From Paraspadella gotoi (Eukaryota > Animalia > Chaetognatha): a DNA stretch of 64,000 nt. Location: positions 22,965,826-23,029,825 of the forward strand of contig CM119264.1 in NCBI GenBank assembly GCA_051294375.1. Direction: 5' to 3'. The notes under the pieces were generated by a model. That model was not told where the DNA came from. It saw only the letters and a list, made by a program, of their open reading frames with translations, and made no database searches. Positions 59,021-64,000 of the stretch are shown here, one piece after another. The position numbers and the translations under genes are program-made. How positions within the stretch are numbered: the first letter of the stretch is position 1; every line of letters begins with the position of its first letter.

Positions 59021-60518
59021 TTCCTCAAATTTATCTCCACTACGTGCTTTTAAAAAACTCTTGTTTACTATCTGTCTCTTTTTTTTTAATTCAAATCTGC
59101 AATCAGTTTTATGTTTTTTTCTTTATTCTTATTCTTTCTCCTTTTCTCCCCATTTTTTTCCCTCTCAAAATCTTCGCCCTAAATTCTTTCCTAATTCTCT
59201 TTTCCTTTTGACAAAATGAATTTACTTTCTAGTTTTTTTTGTTTTTTTGTTTTCAATTTTCAAAAAAGATTTTCTTAATTTCCTATTTCCTTATTTAAAT
59301 TTTCATCCTAGTTCGAAATAATATTTTTTTAATAAATTTATTACCAATTTTTCCATTTTAATTGAATTAATTTCAGGCGGTTATTAACGCCTGGCTGCTT
59401 ATACTCCTTTTGTGATGCGTCAGGCGAATCTTTTTCCCGCGGGAAAAACTTCGCTTTCAACTTTGTTACCCACTCGTCGTCTGTCTCGTTGTCGTCTACA
59501 ACGTTTTCGTCGTCGTCTTTATCGTTGTTGCCGTCTTCGTCGTCGTCGTTGTCGTCTTCGTCGTCGTCTTCATCGTCTTCATCTTGCCAATGCAAGAACG
59601 GAGCAACCCGGTGATGGTTGCAGAGAAAGCCACGAGTGCTAAGCAAAAAACTTCAATATATACCTGCAGGTCCTGCATCGCAAAATATTTCTAAAAACAT
59701 TTGCAAAAGTATTATTTCTATTTATAATTTCGTCGCTAAGCGATCTTTTTAAAAAACGCTCGCTAAAAATACCCGAATTCTTTTTTTTCCAAATTCCCTT
59801 TTATTACCCTTGTCGCAGTCGTTGTTGTTGTTGTAGTTGTTGTTGGGGTCGTTTTGTCGGCGTCAGAAGCGTTGCCCTCGTTTTCACTTTTGTCATTGTC
59901 GTCTTTTTCCCCGTCGAAACAGATTTGTTTTCGTTCAATTTTTAAGATTGTAATCGTTCTGAAGTGCATTACCCTTCATTTCTAAAAACCACGTTGATAT
60001 CTCGCATTTATTATCACGAGATGCTACTATTGTCACTCTGCTTAATGTCATCAACATCGTTGTTGTCGTCTTCTTCGTCGTTATCGTCGTCGTCGTCGTC
60101 GTTGTCGACATAGTTGTCTTGTTCGTCTTCCTTCTTTCTCATTTTTTTCCACGTCATCAATTCCCAGGGGTCGTTTCCCCTTAAGTCTACCTTCCCCTCC
60201 GCTTACCTTACCTCCATTCACGCTCCCTACCTCACCCCGACCAATCGCCCACGACTCCTCACTCGCCAGAGACACGCCTCGATGGCGCCAAAACAGACGG
60301 AGGCTCGAACAATGAAAAAAAAAAGAAAATTATTAAAAAAAAAAAAGAAAATTATTAAAAAAAAAGAAAACATCCTTCGACAAAAAAAAAGAAGAAATTT
60401 AAAAAGGGAAAAAATATAAAGGAAAAAAGAGAAAATGGAAAGAAAGAAAAAAAAACAGAGAGAAAGAAAAAATCGGGCAAAAAAAAAAAGATAAGAAAGA
60501 AAGAATGGAAAGAAAAAC

Positions 60519-60595
60519 TGTTTACTGTTTACCATCGGTCGCCATAGTAACGCGATCCGCGTCGCCGCTCATCCCGGATGCAGATCACGTAAACA
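60519..60595. promoter_or_regulatory. Forkhead plus RFX composite element
   Basis: TGTTTAC twice (60519-60532), X-box-like GTCGCCATAGTAAC (60538-60551) and GTAAACA (60589-60595). Confidence 0.4.
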
Positions 60596-61879
60596 GCGGG
60601 CGGTGGGCGCCGGGCGGAGACGGGCAGGGGGCCGCGCGGGGCTGAAATGGGGAAGGGCGAGAGGCCAGGGGCCAGGACGAGCCTGACGGGCTGGGCCGCG
60701 AGAGGCCACGTGAAGACGGGCATGGCCGAGGGCAGATCAAGGAACCGCGGAATTGGGAAGACATGGAAAAGGGAAGTAAAAGAGAAAGAGGAAACGAAAA
60801 GACCAAATTTTGTATGTCAAATTTATCCTTGATTTAACTATCTAAACATATATTTTTCTTTTACGTTGATTTGGCACTTTTATCAATCATAAAAAGGGAC
60901 GTTATTAAAATTATTTTTCGTCTATTAGGAAATTATTAGAAAATCGATTTGAGAAGTCAATCTTTTCGTGTCACCGAATCTGATTAATACTTCAGTGAAG
61001 GCAATCCATTGGTGATAAATAGGCAACGGCAACTGCTTGTGATGCCCCAGACGCTGAACATCTTAGCGTCGTGAGCGGGATCAAGACTTTCGGACACTCC
61101 GCGGTCTCACAGGCTGTTTTTAAGCAAAGCCGCGAGTTGGAACCGAACCCGGTGTTAGCCTACTTGCCTCGTAGGCAGCGAAGGGAGGCTGCGGCAAATA
61201 CGTGAGGCGGTCCTCCTTTAACTACCGACACAAACCAGAAATAAAACTGCAGCCGAGAGAGTAAGTGTTAGGATTATAATTATTAAATTTTATAATATAA
61301 TTTTTATTGATATGGTGAAATGAGTACAGAAGATGAATTGGGAAAAAGTAAAAGGAAAAGAAAAAGGAAAAAGAAAAGGAAAAAAAACCGACGATGTGAT
61401 GTTTACGACGGAAAATCCGGGCAAAGTGGGTCAAATGCCTGAGGAAAAGGAGTAGAAAAGGAGGAAGAGGAGAAAAGAGAAGAAGAGAGAAGATAAACCT
61501 TTTCTTTTTCCTCTTCCTCCTCCTTCCTTCCTCCTTTCTTTTTACTTCTCATCTCTCCTCCTCTTTTCTCATTTTTCCTCTCCCCCTCCCTTCTCCCTCT
61601 GCCCACCCGATTTTCTAAATTATAATCAATAATTACCAATTCTTCAAATGTCTAATGTTGCTTTTCATATGTATTCAACAATCCCTTAAACCTTTTCACG
61701 TCAATCATTAATCGCCAATCACTCAATATGCACTCAATAATCGCCAATCATCAATGGCCTTATTGCTCAATCGAACTTTCTTCCTAAAAAAGCCTCTAAA
61801 AGCTTCGATGTGACTTTTAGCCTCAGACGATTATTCAAGAAACTGGGTCGGATTTTCAAGTTGTTTCTCCACGCGAAGA

Positions 61880-62113
61880 CGATAACGGTGATGATGACGA
61901 TTACGATTACGACGACGACGACGACGACGACGACCTTTACGAAGCTCAAGAAGACGACCAAGTTGACGAATAATTCGACCACGCTGTGACGAAAATGATG
62001 ACGACGACGGTGAAAACGTGGACGACGACGACGACGACAACGACGACGACGACAACGACCTTTACGAAGCTCAAGACAACGAACAGAATGACGATTAATT
62101 CGACAACGCCGAG

Positions 62114-62145
<32 letters not shown>

Positions 62146-62180
62146 TGCAGACAACGACAGAGAAGACGACGACGACGGCG
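61880..62180 (+). repeat. (GAC)n-rich tract with an internal ~125 bp duplication
   Basis: ACGACCTTTACGAAGCTCAAGA...TAATTCGAC occurs twice, embedded in GAC repeats. Confidence 0.85.
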
Positions 62181-62529
62181 CCGCTGTTCCTTTTATAAAA
62201 CAAAGGTGATTCGTCTCCATTCGCTCGTGGCCTTTTGGCTGCGAATTACGACCACATCGACGCCACGACGACAAAACGCCTCAGCGAACCGCGCCACGCC
62301 AAGCTCACCTCGCATCTAGCCACGTCAACTAACGCCAAAACGGCGCCACTCGCACGCGTCTTGTCTTATCGGAACTCGCGGGTCACGTGATCCAAAACCC
62401 ACGTGACGCGACGTCACGACCCGAAGACCTCGAGACGTTTTTCTCTCACGCGCGAAATTGCACCGAGTGGCAAAGTGAGACGGCAAAGTGAGACGGCGGA
62501 GAAGAGACGAGAGGCGATGGGAAGAAACT

Positions 62530-62611
62530 GGCGTCGGAAAGTGGCAACGGGACAAATGGCATCGAGTTATGGCGTCGGAAAGTGGCAACGGGACAAATTG
62601 CATCGAGTTAT
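62530..62611 (+). repeat. 41 bp tandem duplication
   Basis: GGCGTCGGAAAGTGGCAACGGGACAAAT(G/T)GCATCGAGTTAT twice. Confidence 0.92.
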
Positions 62612-62934
62612 GGCGCAGAGATAGACGGATGGACGGATGGACTGACAAACGATGAGTAATGGAGTGATATGGTAGTTGGATATTAAAAGAGGGTCTTTTA
62701 AAGCGTTTAGAAAGTGTTAAAGCTTAAAAATTAAAGCAGACATGACATGACATTACATGACATGACATGACTAAAAAAATGTTTTGCCCATGTATTTATT
62801 CTGTCTTTTATTCTTGATAGTTTTAGGAATTTCTGAAGGCGGCGCAGGCAGTCCCTTAGTTTTGAGATTTTTTTCTGTCTCAACAAATGAGCAACCAACT
62901 ATCGGCAAATTTTATGCATTTTTAACGTAAGTGG

Positions 62935-63025
62935 GACAGACATACCGACCGTCCGACGGTCCGACTGACCGACCGAAAAGTGACTTATAGAGTTGATCCG
63001 CGAGTACTCGCGGCGCAACTAAAAA
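62935..63025 (-). mobile_element. Partial HINE/Helentron-type end
   Basis: GACC/GTCC-type repeats, then AAAGTGACTTATAGAGT, then hairpin AGTTG..CCGCGAGTACTCGCGG..CAACT followed by AAAAA. Same layout as 43040-43105; the other end was not found. Confidence 0.55.
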
Positions 63026-63712
63026 GTGCGAAAGAATTAACTATTATTACAAATGAAATTATAAAGGTCGAAAACGAATGACATCCCACTGGTAAAATCT
63101 TTTAGGCGAAGGAGATTTGAATGAGATTAAGACAGAAAACGAATGGTAAACAGGAAGCAAAAATAACTGAATGAATAAGAAATGAGTAGAGGCAAGAAAA
63201 AAAAATAAAATGAAAATATGAGGAAGATTTGTTATTGATTCACGAGGAAAGCGAAAAAAATAGGTTAATGAATAAAGATTCCTGATTTAGAGTTTCATGG
63301 AAGAATGATTTTTTATTTTTTATTCAAATCAATTGAAGTCTATTAAGGGGACCCAGTGATAAAAATGATATCATAAGAAGAAGGGAGGGAAGACGACGAG
63401 GTAAAAGGAGAGGAGGGTGTTGCGAAAGAGAGAATAGAACCGAGGAATAAATGGAGAGGGAGCCCGGGACGTGTGACTGTGTTTAAAAAGAAGAGAATGA
63501 AAGAAGAAACGAGAAAAAAAGTACAAAAAATGATTAAGGAAAGAAGAAGATTATTGAAGGCCGATTATGGTTGTCTCGTCGGTCGTTGTTGTCGTCGTTG
63601 ATTGTTCCCTGCGCCGCATCTGCGTCCTTCCACCCGCGACATTCACATAAAATTGAGGCGAAATGAAAAAATTATGCGACTCGAAGGACAATCATCTCCT
63701 TTCCAGTCAAAA

Positions 63713-63745
<33 letters not shown>

Positions 63746-63759
63746 GTCTTTTCTCTTTA

Positions 63760-63806
<47 letters not shown>

Positions 63807-63885
63807 TTCCTTATTTTTCCTTTTTTGCCAAGGGAAAGGAGAGAGAGAAAGAGAGACGAGAGAGAGAGAGAGAGAGGAGAGAAGG

Positions 63886-63936
<51 letters not shown>

Positions 63937-64000
63937 AACATAACAACAAGCATCGTTTCAGAACGATAACTTTTCCGTACTCGACGACGACGACGACGAC

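Overview
Repeat-rich, gappy draft assembly of an animal-type eukaryotic genome: (GA)n and (GAC)n microsatellites, many N gaps (several exactly 25 N) and stretches that read like indel-rich raw long-read fill. Two spliced genes can be rebuilt by hand: a clan-2-like cytochrome P450 (minus strand, 6 exons, 502 aa, 6700-9077) and a Niemann-Pick C1-like sterol transporter (plus strand, 12 exons, about 1315 aa, 32540-38889). The main observation is their splicing code. Nine of 16 homology-guided introns do not start with GT (4 GC, 3 GA, 2 GG). All nine follow an exonic AG, 7 of 16 acceptors are AAG, many acceptors lack a polypyrimidine tract, and several introns have complementary ends. A few junctions have weaker GT alternatives, so RNA-seq is needed. 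Also seen: a ~130 bp element shared by two GA-AG introns, a speculative U1-like sequence matching GC donors, a DINE-1/HINE-type Helentron derivative, a TIR-bounded element, RFX X-boxes and other motif clusters, and duplications that are probably assembly artefacts. All calls are by eye; no searches were run.
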